A stretch of DNA of 64,000 nt from Piedraia hortae CBS 480.64 (taxonomy: Eukaryota): assembly GCA_010093745.1 (NCBI GenBank), contig MU005968.1, forward strand, positions 124,001 to 188,000, given 5' to 3'. Below, piece after piece: positions 24,057-36,665 of this stretch. The notes beneath the pieces were generated by a model that did no database searches, had not been told where the DNA came from, and saw only the letters and a program-made list of their open reading frames with translations. The translations under genes were made by a program, and so were the position numbers. How positions within the stretch are numbered: position 1 is the first letter of the stretch; each line of letters opens with the position of its first letter.

Positions 24057-25847
24057 ATGAGTTTGTCCACCAACATGGGCATGAACTGTTCGACTAACCG
24101 TAGAGACGAAGGGCCCGACGCCGTCAAAGCCCGGCAGACTTCGACTGACCACGTACGATCGCCACGCTCGCCCGATACTGCATCCCCCGTCTTCCCCGAA
24201 CGTGCTATCCGCCCGCTGCCCAAGACGCGGCTGAAGAACCGCCTGTCCTCCAAGCAGGCCAGCTCCATCATCTACCCGCCCAATCCGGTAGTAGACCCCG
24301 ATCCCCTCCTACTGTCCAGTGACAGGAAAGCATTATTGGAAAAGGGGCGTACCGCCTTGACTGGAGGCCATTCCAACTTTGAGCAGGCTCTGGCTGGCGC
24401 CAGCGGTGGTTCCTACGGCCCGGATGAGGACGAGGACGAAGCCTCGAGCGAGGAGGAAGGCCGGACAATCAATGACGCCGGTTATCGTGCTGGTGCCCTC
24501 TCGCTGCCAAGCGGAACGGCGGCGGGGTCACGGTGCTCAATGCAGGGGCGGTTGTGGGACTCACCACATAGAAAGAAAGACATAGACCTGGCACCAACCA
24601 GCGGCGGTGCGGTCGAGCGCTACGATAACATCGAGCAAAAAGGGAACAACAAGAAGCGGAAGATTCCGCAGCCGTCCAGTGGCGGTGGTCAGAACCAGCT
24701 CCATGATTCCATGGCCAACCTGTCGCTTGAGTCTCCTGCAGACACGGTGGATGGCTCGCTGGGGTATTCGTATGCGCCAGGAGGGTCGTCGAGCGGTACG
24801 GGCATCAGCGGCGCCGGACGGGGGCGTAGTGGGCGGCAGAGCGTGTATGGGCGGAACGGGGAACGGAGACGGCTGGGAATCACCCCGCCGGGCGGCTCCA
24901 GCTCGTCGCGGATGGCAAAAGCATCTAGATCGGATCGAGAAGGTGAGTTTGATCGCGGTCGGCCTCGTCGAACGGCAGCAATTAACACCTCGAAAGTAGA
25001 GGCTGCCGGGGACTCTGGAATCATTAGCCAGGCTATAAAGAATGCGCACGAACAGGGGCCGCTTACGCCGCAGACAAAAGGAACGACCAAGGACGCCGCC
25101 AGCCTGCTGCAGCCGGCTGCAGTAACTTCGGGGCCGTTTACCTTTAGCTGCGAGAGCGAAAGTGCCACCAAGCTGGAGCAGCAGGAGGTTGCGGCCGCTG
25201 CTGCTGCCAGTGCCAGAATGCAGGCCCAACTGCAAGCCGCCAGTGGATATGCGGTAACGGCACCCCGCGGAATAGGTACTCAACCCCCGACCACTAACGG
25301 GGCACAGCGCCCTCCGCCTCCCCCTGCAGGGACTCCGTTGGGTGGGAGCCAAGTGGCCGCCAGACCCAAGGTAAAGCGGCGACCGTCCAGGGAATATGCC
25401 CATGCTGCTCGACAGAGGCAAATGCAGCAGGAATACACCAATGCCCACCATAGGCTGTCCAGAGAAGATATGTGGGTTTGCGAATTCTGCGAGTACGAGA
25501 GCATATTCGGGGAGCCACCAACGGCCCTCATACGCTTGTACGAGATTAAAGACCGTCGTGAACGCCAAAAAGCTGAAGAACGTGCGAGACTGTTGGAGAA
25601 GGCTAAGAGCAAGAGTCGAAAGGGCAAGAAGGCATCGCGAAAATCGGGTGGACAAACTGCTGCACCGCCGTCAGCAAACGAGCAAAATTATGACCCCAAT
25701 ATCTCTAATGCCGACGACGAATACTACGGCGACGAGAATGAGGAAAGCTATGGCGCGGACTATGATAACTCGGTTTCGCCGCCATACTATGGAGGAACGG
25801 CTGGAGCTAATCTTGCACCGTTGCCCGTGACACCAGCGGCCATTTAG
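24057..25847 (+). CDS. Conserved fungal protein, IBD2-like C-terminal CEFCEY motif
   Basis: Long ORF with PVFPERAIRPLPKTRLKNRLS, NNKKRKIP, GIISQAIKNA, FTFSCES and WVCEFCEYESIFGEPP...YEIKDRRER. The start codon is uncertain (ORF open from 23952), and there is a possible 57-nt intron at 24943..24999. Confidence 0.8.
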   Translation: MSLSTNMGMNCSTNRRDEGPDAVKARQTSTDHVRSPRSPDTASPVFPERAIRPLPKTRLKNRLSSKQASSIIYPPNPVVDPDPLLLSSDRKALLEKGRTALTGGHSNFEQALAGASGGSYGPDEDEDEASSEEEGRTINDAGYRAGALSLPSGTAAGSRCSMQGRLWDSPHRKKDIDLAPTSGGAVERYDNIEQKGNNKKRKIPQPSSGGGQNQLHDSMANLSLESPADTVDGSLGYSYAPGGSSSGTGISGAGRGRSGRQSVYGRNGERRRLGITPPGGSSSSRMAKASRSDREGEFDRGRPRRTAAINTSKVEAAGDSGIISQAIKNAHEQGPLTPQTKGTTKDAASLLQPAAVTSGPFTFSCESESATKLEQQEVAAAAAASARMQAQLQAASGYAVTAPRGIGTQPPTTNGAQRPPPPPAGTPLGGSQVAARPKVKRRPSREYAHAARQRQMQQEYTNAHHRLSREDMWVCEFCEYESIFGEPPTALIRLYEIKDRRERQKAEERARLLEKAKSKSRKGKKASRKSGGQTAAPPSANEQNYDPNISNADDEYYGDENEESYGADYDNSVSPPYYGGTAGANLAPLPVTPAAI

Positions 25848-28819
25848 TCTCTACGGTGTACATATCTATGGACAGCCCGTCAACTTCTGGCTCCGATGCA
25901 TTCCATACTCTGTGCAGAACCAAAATCAACTAGTCAATAGCATTCTTGGTCCCTCGTTATCCCGGTGATATTAGCCTCACTTGAAGGCAGTTTTATCACT
26001 TAAAATAGGCGACGTACATAGCATCAGGCTGAAAGGAAAATTTGTCCACGTTGGAGTCATATTGTAGTGCTAGCAGTTTAGCCTCATGTCCACAGTCTGG
26101 ATATCCAGTGTATGATAATGCAGTGTATTGACAGTTGGACTGAATCGATCTATTTCAAACTGTGTCTACCTTAAGGCCCTCTATTTCAGCTTGTGGAGCA
26201 CTTTCAGCATTGTTGAAAACCGTCCAATGACGAAACGCATAGGTCGGGCCGAGCCTACCATCCCCGGGCCGTGCCGTTCGGTACACACACAACTTTGCAG
26301 AGAAATCAAAAAAGCACACTTCAATTACACTCACCACTTCGTTATTGAGCGCTCTGGTACTATTCGCAAGATTTCAGAAGGGTCCGAAGCTCAATTAAAG
26401 ACAGCAGAGATGAAAACAATAGCCAATGACTTTTGAGGAGGCCGTGCACTAATTTATTATTGCAAAGAGCTTTTTTTGAGATGAAGCCCGCTTGTGCGTT
26501 GTAACGGGGATGTCAAATTTTTCGTATTTAAGCCATGCAGCCTTATTAGAGCCAACCATGAGGTCTAGGATGCAGCAGAGTTCGAAACACCCACAACAAA
26601 GCTGAAGCTCATCAGAAGGAAGATGGAAAAATGTCAACGCGGCGAGCCTTGCCACAGCCGCTTATATCCAGGGATGAAAAGTGTGAGGAGATTTGTAGCT
26701 TTTACCTTGCCACCGTGCAGATCCGCTGGATTAGGCGGCGGGACAATTGACTGGCAATTTACCAGACAAAGAGCGGTCGGCAAACAGATCGGAGTGGATG
26801 ATGATCTTATGGAGGGGGTTTTAACAAGAGGTGGTGGAAGATTCGGATCATCCTAATACTGCTAGGGACATACCTGCAAAGCCTAGACTCATTGGGTGTT
26901 GGATTCAAGCATCGCCGCTAGCGCGTATGCGGGGCATTTGCATAGCAAGTCAGCGATACCTCCTACACTACCAGCTGCACTCTAGTTTTTTCTTTCACAG
27001 AGGTTTTCCCTCAGGGTCATGTCATATGTGACATGGCGAATGCGCCCTGCTAATGTACGACGTGACGTTACCGGCCCACCGGTACGGAATTTTAATTCTG
27101 AACGTCCCCTGATTTTGAGATAGATAGTCATTTACACTGTCATATCGACACTGGTATTGACTCATATCCATCTCCATCTGTCCTGTCCCTGTTGTCGATT
27201 TCCGTCTATCGCTTCGTCCTCTTAATTCGGGCCGCTGCGCACTCCCATCCACGAGAGCCCTATCGCTACATTGGGAACATGTCTTTCGCAACGACAAACA
27301 AGTTGAGTCTATACCGACAATTCTCCCATTACATCTGGCAGCTGGGAGCCCTCCACGAACTCGTCGAAATGAAGTGTTGCGAATACTCATTGCAAATGGA
27401 AGATGCATGCCAACAATGAGATGCACGAGACTCCATCAATTACCCCCATCCCTTAACAAGTTACGCTCCGGTGAATATTCTTCTCTCATTGGACGTATCG
27501 ACTTTATCCTTGAGGTCGTCCTCAGTGCCGCCGGTCCACAAGCCTCTCATATCACGCGTCTGTTATGGCCTGACGGTTCGGGATCGCTCCAAACCCATAA
27601 GGCCTGGCCCCTGCACGCTGGTCGTGCTCTTCTTGTATTTAGTTCCTCTCTTTCCACTGTCACGAGCGATGGTTATGACTAAAGATGCCGATCCAGAAGA
27701 CCTTCGCTTCATTGCCACGTGGATGCGCAACGGGTCGATAATTGGCAACACAAACTGCCAAATGTGGTTTCTGCCGAAGCCGAGAACAGCTCTACTGGCC
27801 AAACAACAGACCGAGCTAGGCAAGAAGCTCAACGGCCTGGCTAGGCACCAAATTAAGGCCGAAGAGCTGGAGCACTATAATGAAATTATCCGGCGTTTCG
27901 AGTTGGCAAGGAATAGTCTCGTCACTCCGGAGGGCGCGCGGTGCGTATTGGGAGAGTAGTTTTGTTGGCAGCCTTGGAACGCTGCCCACTCGAAGGATAA
28001 GAACGCGGTCGAAGTAAGCATCATGACGATTCCAAGTATACAAGCTGACTGTCATGACAGGAACTGCTTATCCGCAAGAATGAGCTTGATTCTACTCCCT
28101 AATAGAGGGTTGTGAATTCGTTACCATGGGTCTGTACAGAGGCCCTCTCAGGTTTCATAGGCGACATCTGAAAGCTCGACAACTCCGCATATCTCACCCA
28201 CTCTATCCGTGCTTTAGCTGGGAAGCCTGGCCTGGCGGCCGATCATGAATCCATCCAGAAGACCTAAAGATCGGGATGAAGCGTGGAACAAGGCATTAAA
28301 AAAAATTCAGCGCACGCCTCCAAACCAACCCTAGGCTTCTTACGGGTAACGTCCAGTATGGCTTTCGCCGCGGCAAGTTAGGTATGCGATGCTTCCTCCT
28401 TCGTGGTACTCGTGCGAACTGCAGACCCCAGTTTTGAAAGGTCAAGAACTTCACCCGGTGAATTACCACCGGAAGCCTGAGGATTTTTTCAAGAGCTCCC
28501 ATAAAGGCTTCACTGCGCTACCTGCCGAGCAGAGGACTCGCCTGGTCAGAGATGATGTGACCCAGCACAACTGAGCGAAACCGAAAGACAAGGGCAAAGG
28601 ATTTAAGGCCTGGGATGAAGACATCATGGGGGACGAGACTGTAATGCTTGATAACGTTGACGACGGCGAAGAGGAGTACAGAAGAACCACACCCTATGGC
28701 ACCACAAGCATCTGCCCAGGAGAACGAATCTGAAGTTTGTGCGCCTGTATACCAAAGTCGAACAACAGCAAGCGGGCCGTTGAATAGCTGCATAGGAATA
28801 TTGCACCAAAAGTTGCCCA

Positions 28820-29030
28820 ATGGTGAAGACTGGCTGCTCGTACGGAACCATGCAAAATTCCAAAAGACGCCGGACATGAATACCGCCAACAAATTCTTCA
28901 AAGCAACGGCTGAAATGATGCCTGCAGGCTGTACGCCTTGCTGCCAGCCACTGGACGTCAGTTTCAATAAATCGTTCAAGTCGCTGATCGTGTATAAGCT
29001 AAACGCGTTGGAGAAGGAGTTACGAGAAAC
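28820..29030 (+). mobile_element. pogo/Tc1 DDE_1 transposase fragment
   Basis: WLLVRNHAKFQKTP...MMPAGCTPCCQPLDVSFNKSFKS matches the P.G.T...QPLDV..N..FK signature. Confidence 0.75.
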
Positions 29031-29319
29031 TCACTCCATCACACCTTCAGAGAAACACATGGATCTGATGCACAGGCATCTTGGTGTAGTCAGAGGGAGG
29101 ACTATGTCGAAGACGAGAATATTTTCGGTGAGAGCCAAAATGGACCGCGAAGATTGAAGTATCTTTTACATACGGCATACAAAGTTGAATCTCCTTCTGA
29201 TCGCAAAGGTCCGTGGACTTAAGCTCACCTCCGCACTTAACAAAGCTCGTTTCATTAATTGCATCATCGATTACATTGAGGCAGTTCTCCCGTCCCCAAC
29301 TCCCAACTTTATCGTGGCA

Positions 29320-30900
29320 ATGCTCCAACGCTCGCGCTTTCTCGCCTTCCTCGCCCTGTTCGACGTAAACGATGACTTGTCAGATTCCGACTCGTCTTCT
29401 AGCGACGAGGAAGTGTTGCAGAGCACGCGCCGGCCAAATATCGAGCGCGAGTACGATGCTGGGTTCGAGAGGTTGTATCGTGACTACTTCTCCGATAGCC
29501 CGACCTTTGGTCATAAAGCCTCCCACCGAAATCTTTGCATGACGAGGCGGATATTCTTGAAGATCACAGATGCACTGGCAGCCCATAACAAGCCTTGGAC
29601 CTCTTTCTGGCCGTCCTGCCGTTCCTGCAAGATTCTAGTCGCGTATACTACACGGTAGATGCCGGAGGGGATATGATTTAGGGTCGGACGAAACGAGCTC
29701 GATGCCACCGTCAAGCTAGGTATTCATCCAATCTTAAAGGTGACTGCAGCGACCCGGTAACTAGCATACGGTATCTCAGCGGATGGGTTGGAGGATGGTC
29801 TACGCATGGCAGAGTCTACCGTGCTGGAGTCCCTTCGCCAATTTGCCAGTGAGTCATGGAGTCTTTGGTCCGACTTACCTGAGATCGCCTTCCCCGGATG
29901 ACCTGGAGAGGCTCTACCGGGAAAATGCCAACAGATATGTCCCGTCATGATTGGCAGCTTAGACTGCATGCACTGGGCCTGGAAAATCTGTCTCGTAGCG
30001 TGAGCAGACCACAGAACAAATAAACTTTGAAGAAACATACGCTTCCATCGCGGAATTCGTCTCCCTGGAGTGCTACAATTTGATGTTATGACGGCAAGAA
30101 AGTGTGGATCTGGCACTCTTTTTTCGGCATTTCAGGTTGCCATAACAACCTGGTGGTCTTGAACAGCTCAAATGTGTTATCTTCAAGTGGCATATATACA
30201 AATTTTTGTTTGTAGCATTCGGGGTTTACATTTTACTCTCCGCGCGCTGTCTCACAAGGGCCTTGGCTGGAGTACCTTTGGGGTGTGTACTTACAAGCTC
30301 ACCCACAACCACTGGCGCAGCATGGTGCTCCGACAACCGAATATGGAGAGCAACTGCAAAGGGAGCGGAACACCGAGCACGAGAGATAATTTGTACAGTA
30401 GATGGTTTTTCCTGTTATAGGGTTGGACACGGTAGGCGAAGCGGCCCATGCCGCTGATGCGTCACGTTGGCGGTAAATAGTCATTGGAGCTAGACATCAT
30501 TATAGAAAGATATCTGTCTCGTTTCCGCCGAGTTGATCTGGGGGTCACCTTTATACTAACCACCTCTCCTTTTCGAGCATGAGGATTTCCTCACCGACAC
30601 ATAGACCCTAGAACCCCTTCTCTGATCTCATCGTTCCCCTCGACCCCAGTCCGATGAGCAAAACCTCTTTGCAAAGCTCCAAGAGGCGGCCCGGAGGAAT
30701 GTGGAGCATGCTTCTAGTCACATCCAAGCCAAATGGCACATGATCACAAATTCCTGCCATCTTCACCGGTGGGATGACCTGCACTGGGTCATGAACGCAT
30801 GCTTAAGACTGCACAACATGATTATCGAAGAGGAGCGGCAAGATGATGCAGAGATGAGACACCACTTCGACAACAGCGAAGAAAATGGGCCCAATACGAC
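29320..30900 (+). mobile_element. Degenerate PIF/Harbinger transposase (plant_tran/DUF635 type), interrupted
   Basis: IEREYDAGFERLYRDYFSDSPTF..MTRRIFLKI; DATVKLGIHPILKVTAATR*LAYGISAD..LRMAESTVLESLRQF; MIGSLDCMHWAWK; WIWHSFFGISGCHNNLVVL. It resumes at about 30635 with LFAKLQEAARRNVE..MNACLRLHNMIIEEER. Confidence 0.85.
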
Positions 30901-33479
30901 AATCTTTCACAATACTAACGAACAGTTCACTTCGTTCCCCTCACACATGAAATCAAGGCTTAGCTATGTAATCCGGGCGATGCTTTGGCATAGGCATCGC
31001 CTACTCTTTTCGATAGAGTGGTCTATACATAGCGAAGAACTGAGCTCAACGCACAACAAAAACGTGAGAACTTTCACAGCTCGTTGCGCGAACCCTAAAG
31101 CACTGGAAGTACTTCGATTCGCTGCTCACGAACTACCGTTGATGCGTAGGAAAGCGCAGACCGGAGAGACCCAGTGTTGCCCGGTAAACGGGCCTTTCTG
31201 ATCGTGACTTTCTGGTGGGCATCTTGTCTTCAAAGCACGCTACGGCAAGAGTGGATGGAAGCCGAGCGTACGAAACTGCAATCGGTTGAGGAACGCAGAA
31301 CACACTTATGACCTCGATCCTATTACCGCCGCAGACAGCCACGAATTCTTCAAGTTGACTTGGATGGTTGCCCACAACCAGCGACGTGAAGCGATACAAA
31401 GCGCGGATCTGCGTCCGAGGGAAGATACAGACCACCCGCTAGGCAGGACATGCGGCGCAACAGTCTTCAGAAAAATGCTAGCCTTCGCGATGAAATTCAA
31501 TTTGCTTCTTTCAATGTATGATGCCGTGTCAATGTTCACCGCTGCCCGGTGATGTGCGCAATACTATCGCGCCTAGACGTAGTCTATAAGCATGTGGCCG
31601 CCAACCGAGTGATGACAGCCACCACCACCGCCACAACTGTTGTGCGACTCGGAGAAGACGCCGGTGCTGACCAGGGAGTCGGTACCGAAGGGAAATCAGC
31701 CCATTCGGGACAAGGGGATGAGCTACGACCCACAGAACTTGCTTTATCTCTCGCAATGACAGCCACGCCGACGCAACCCCCTACGGCCGCACACACAATG
31801 GATCGGTCCGCGGCAATGATGCCGTCTCTTTGGAGGGAGTAACATGCCGGCATCAACTGTGGCCCTTCAATTCAATCCTTGGAGGCCTCGCATGGGGGCG
31901 CTTGGAAGAGATCGCGTAGCGACCACATTTTTGTCGCCGGGAGAGATTCATCGTCGAAAAACCGGGAACAATACTGCTGATATTGTTGTGGTGGAGTTGG
32001 AGAGGTTCCGTCAAGAGTGCGACTCTTCAATGAATAAGCTCGAAAATTGGATAGCGGGCAGACTATGAATGTGATAAATATGGTGCGAATTGATAAACAG
32101 ATAAATTTCTTACCATAGACGTGGGTTACTCGTCAGTAAGTGATGCTTGTTGCCATTCTAAAAGAGTGAAGATTGTTTATTTATGCTAGTTTTACGCCGG
32201 GCAGAAGTAGTGAAGTTTGACGAGAGGAGAGCTGCACTAAATTTGGTATGGCACACTCCGCGCGCCAATTAGATGCTGTGTTTTGTGGGAGCATATTTGG
32301 CAGGGTGGGGCGTCCCCCACGGATTCATAACGGATCTCGCACCCCGCATATCCCGAGGTATATGTGCTCCACATACATGCCCGCGGGGTATGGGAAGAGG
32401 GGCACTGTCTGTGTTTTTATCATCTGAAGCCCAGACGGAATCGTTCTGAAGGACTAACGATGACCTCTCGAGGGGCATGGAGGCATGCTGTATAAGCTAG
32501 GTAAACTATTTACGGCTCTGTGGCCTACCCATCCTGCGAATATTAGCCCAAATTACCCCAAGATGTGTTTGAAACGAAGTCAAGGCACAGAGCGTCTCCG
32601 CGAAGTGAAAACCATCCGCAGTGGAGAAAATGTCATTACGCCCTGTTCTTCGCCGGTGTCATCGCGAGGTCAAAGTTCAGTGAAAACTGGATAGTGGTGG
32701 GCATGAGTAAGAACGACAGCGTAATGATAAAAAAGCTTTCTAGAATGAATGGCCATAAGAACACGGCTATGATCAGCTATACGGGATCTACGATATTTGC
32801 ATTAATACGATAAAACGCCGTGGTCTTTGGGGAGAAGGGTATTTGCGATTTGAAGTGCATTACTCATGTCTAGTCTCATCACAACACGTGATCAACGTTG
32901 AAGATTTCTGTTTTCCTGTCTAGTGCTGCCCTTCTGCGCGATGGGACAAACTTCCTTGGGTAAATAGGCTCTGTGTATTGCATATTTTTCCCTTCACTAT
33001 ATGAACCTGGCAATGAAAAGAGTTCCTACAATTCCGGTGCGGTCCTGGCCGATCCATGGATCAGTTCATGGTCCTACCGGGACCACTCGAGTTTATAACT
33101 AAAGGCAGGAAAGAATTTGAACACGCAAAATTCAGACAAACTTCTTCACAGACTCAAATTACAGATCAATAGTATCATCCCCTTCTTCATCCTCCCCCTC
33201 AAATCCTAAGAGAAGAGAGGTTAAGAAAATTGACCGAAATGAAGAATGATGGTGCCTGTCTCGGGGGCTCAGGCCTATATAGCGGTACCTAGATACAAAA
33301 ATTTAAGGAGTGAAAGAGGGGAGGCGCCTGCGCCCGCGCCGCCAGAGAAAACGAGTGACTGCATGCCCAACAGGAATGAGCTCTGCTATGAACCCCTAAG
33401 GGAAGCGATAGCCTACCCTGCATCATGGCAAAGAGACATGTCAAGCAAGCCGAGCATGGCGATGAAGGCGGCATTGCTG

Positions 33480-33720
33480 CGGGGCCAAAGGCTTCGTGAA
33501 GCGATTTGTAATCATTTACGCCGAAGGCACCCAGATGACATTGATGCGGCAGGCTTGCACTTCCTGCCTAAGCCAGTGCTGCTGTACATCCTTGTACCGC
33601 AGCCTGGTGAGGAGGGTGGGCGTCGCCGAGGTGAGTAGATGGATCGTCTGCAAGTTGTCGCAAAACACACGGACGCTGCCGTCGCGTTGGAATGTCATCG
33701 CATCTAGAAAGTGAGACAAT
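33480..33720 (-). mobile_element. Copia RNase H fragment
   Basis: VFCDNLQTIHLLTSATPTLLTRLRYKDVQQHWLRQEVQ..WVPSA*MITNRFTKPL. Confidence 0.8.
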
Positions 33721-33849
33721 ACTATCTGTTCGCGGGCTGCTTCAGCGAGGGAGGGGAGCTCGGCCTCGGTGCTTGATGTTGTGACCGTGCCATTGCTATC
33801 GCGAGAGCCACGTCAGACCTATCATGTACTTTCTGGGGTTTCGGGCTCG

Positions 33850-34250
33850 TCTGGAAGGTGAAATCACACGTACCTGGGTCCAAGTAGAGCGCAATGTACG
33901 CGGACGGCCTCGAATAGTACTTTCTATGGGCGTGCAGCTTTTGCTGCATAGTAGCGTAGCAGCCTTCGAGCTCGGCCTTATGCCTGAGATCTCTTCGGAT
34001 ACCTATGAACAACAGGGAAGCTTCGTCCACTGTTGTTATCAAGCAGTCCATAATTCGGAGATCAGGGATGTTGTGGGTTTTTTGCTTTGCGGTGACAAGA
34101 GGGTTGAGTTGTTGAAGATCTTGAGTGTATCGCACAGCCGGTCGATGATGTTCTATTCGACTTTGGTGATGGTGCAATTCTTGTGGGAGATTAATGAAAT
34201 GGTGGCGGCGACTGAGGTGACGGCCTGTTATTTCGCCAAGATGTTCCGAA
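33850..34250 (-). mobile_element. hAT transposase fragment
   Basis: Frameshifted LKIFNNSTL..KKPTTS..MDCLIT..ATMQQKL..KYYS..AYIALYLDP. Confidence 0.55.
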
Positions 34251-34358
34251 GCATCTTTTGGGTGGTGTTCAGTGTGTTCGCACCTCTGTAACCAGAACGT
34301 TGCTGCTATTGGCCTCTCCCCTTGAGCTGGCAGCCTTGTGTTCGTCTTTTCCTGCGCT

Positions 34359-34386
34359 GGGGGGGGAGGGGGGGGGGGGGGGGGGG
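34359..34386 (+). repeat. Poly-G tract (G8-A-G19)
   Basis: Read directly; it abuts the 3' end of the LINE. Confidence 0.95.
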
Positions 34387-36665
34387 TTTTTGTGGTGTTT
34401 TACGCCGGGCGAAATGACCGCTAACGGCCATTCGCAGCCTCCCGAAGGGCATGGGGGCGTGCTAAACTAGGTCTATCTACATACGTTAGGTTCCTAGCAA
34501 GCATCTCGAGCCTCAAAGGGCTGTGACCCAGCCGCGGTCCTCCTCCGCATTGCGAGGATAGCCTGCGGCCTGTGTTTCCCATAGATGTTGCTCAGCCGCG
34601 CGGACAGATTTCTCGAAAGAGGCCTGTGTTGGCAACAAACGCGGCAAAGTCTGTGGGCCTTCTGACCAGGTCGGCAAGATACTTCTTCCGCCCTTCGAAA
34701 TCCAGCATCCGCCTCGGTCCATCCCAGAACCAAGGCCAGACTCGCCACTGGCGAACAACGTGCGGGCAATGCACTAAGTGCTAAGGGGCCTTTGGTCGGC
34801 CGCACCTGCAGTTGAGAACTGCGTTGGCGTGATGGAAGCGGCGATGGTATGCCGCGAAGTCTCCGTATCCCGTTCTCAGCGTCAGAAGGCGCTGAAGGAT
34901 CGGGCGTCCCAGGTGGAGTTTGGCGTTCTCCCGCACCGCATACGGGAGTCGCCAAAACTTGTAAAGGTCAGAGAGGGTCGCTTCCAGCTCCGGCCAGTGC
35001 TGTCTCTCTATGTCATCCAGAATCTTCTTGGCCTCAGACTTGATGCCGGCGGCCGTTGGTCCAGCCTCCGGGTCCAGATCGCCCTTGCTGCCGTCCTTTG
35101 CTAGTTCGTCTGCGGTCTCGTTGCCCTGGACGTAGCAATGTCCTGGATACCATTTGATTTCGACGTTGTGCGCATCGGCAACATGGTGAAACGCTTGAAA
35201 CGCCCAGTGGGACGAGATAGAGGCATCCGCACGTAAACACCAGATGACGGCCGTGTTGTCGACACAGATCCATATCTTTCCCTGCCCTGTCCTTTCCCGG
35301 TGTGCAACAGCCCGCTCTAGGGTGCGCCACGCACCTACTGCCTCGGCGTCAAACACGGCTGAGCAGGGGTCGATCCTCGCCTTGCCCATCCCCACGTACT
35401 GGCCGCCTTGTTGGAGGACGTATCCATAGCCAATGTCCCATTTGCCCGCCTGTGAACCGTCGCTGAACGCCGCGATATCTGACGAGGGTAGGGTGGAGAG
35501 CCACGACACAAAGTGTGCTGCGGCCTCTTCTTTGGACTTGCCGTTCGTAGGATCTAACCGACATCCGGCGGTGAAGCGCCGATAAATCAGAGGGGGTCGG
35601 TCAATCTCTTGCAGTAAAAATCCTGCGCGCTGTAGTTTTGTCCTCAGCCTCAAGGTGCGGCTGCGCATTATTTGGGTAGTGGAAGCCCTGATTGCCAGCG
35701 GGTGCTTTCCATCTACAGTTCGGATCCGTCGTGCAAAACGAAGTCGTGCATCTTCGAGCGCCATTCGTGCCGTCGGCAATCCTGCCTCTCTACTGAGTGC
35801 CGCTCTTGGGTAGGTCTTCCAGACGGGCAGGATGGCCATGGCTCCAGCATGTAGCACCTTCTGTACTTCTTCAATGTGCCAGTCAATGCCATCGCGGACC
35901 GTCCCCCTGCCGTTGGCTGCGGGTTTTTCTCGTCCCCCGTACCACGCCTCTACTCCATGTAGAGCCGTTGGAATTACACAGGTGACTACAGCTTTTCTCA
36001 ACGCAGCAGCAGGCGGACCATAGGAACATCCGGCCAAACTACGAAGGTGCTTCGTGATTTTCCGTGCCTTCGCACACCGCTCGGTGACGTGTTTCTTGAA
36101 GCTCAGCTTGCGGTCCAAGTGAACTCCCAGCCACTTGATAGCAGGCAGGGGCCCATCCGTGGTGGGCTCGATTGAGAATGTGCCGTTAGCTACCAGGACG
36201 CGAGCCCCTGCGTCTCTGCCTCGCGAAAAATGCATCAATTCTGCTTATTCTGGCGCGAATTGTACTTTATTGGCTTCGCCCCATTCAAGAACGGCGCGAT
36301 TATCCTCCGCCAGTGCGTCAGTAGACTCTTCAAGGCCCTTTCCTACCCTGTAAAGGCAAATGTCATCGGCATAGCCAAATCGTAGCTGTTGGTTCTGGTT
36401 CAACCGCTCCGCAAGGTAAAGTAGGTAGAGGACAGGAGGCAACGGGCTACCCTGGGGGTCTCACAGGTGACATCAGCTGGCGGAGTAGTCTGTTCTTCCA
36501 CCCTCACTCGGGTGCTGCGTCCTGAGAGAAATGAGTTGACGAATCTCAGCAATTCGATGTGCCAACCCTGATGCCGCATGCGATCCAGCAAACGGCGGGG
36601 CAGAAGAGCGTCAAAGGCGCCTTGGACGTCAAGAAGAGCCATGGAAAAGTTACCCTCTGCCAACG
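34387..36665 (-). mobile_element. 5'-truncated Tad1-clade LINE (RT + RNase H + C-terminal Cys motif + 3' UTR)
   Basis: LLDVQGAFDAL, PQGSPLPPVLYLLY, FGYADD, KWLGVHLDRKLSF; RNase H FSDGSQ, DAEAVGA, VDN, PGHCYVQGNETADELAK; RTGYGDFAAYHRRFHH..CRCG. There is a frameshift near 36450 and a stop at 36245. Confidence 0.93.

Noticed and set aside
32189..32202. 14-mer GTTTTACGCCGGGC identical to the LINE 3' end at 34397..34410
   Set aside because: Several exact 14-mer pairs are expected by chance in 64 kb, and the similarity does not extend.
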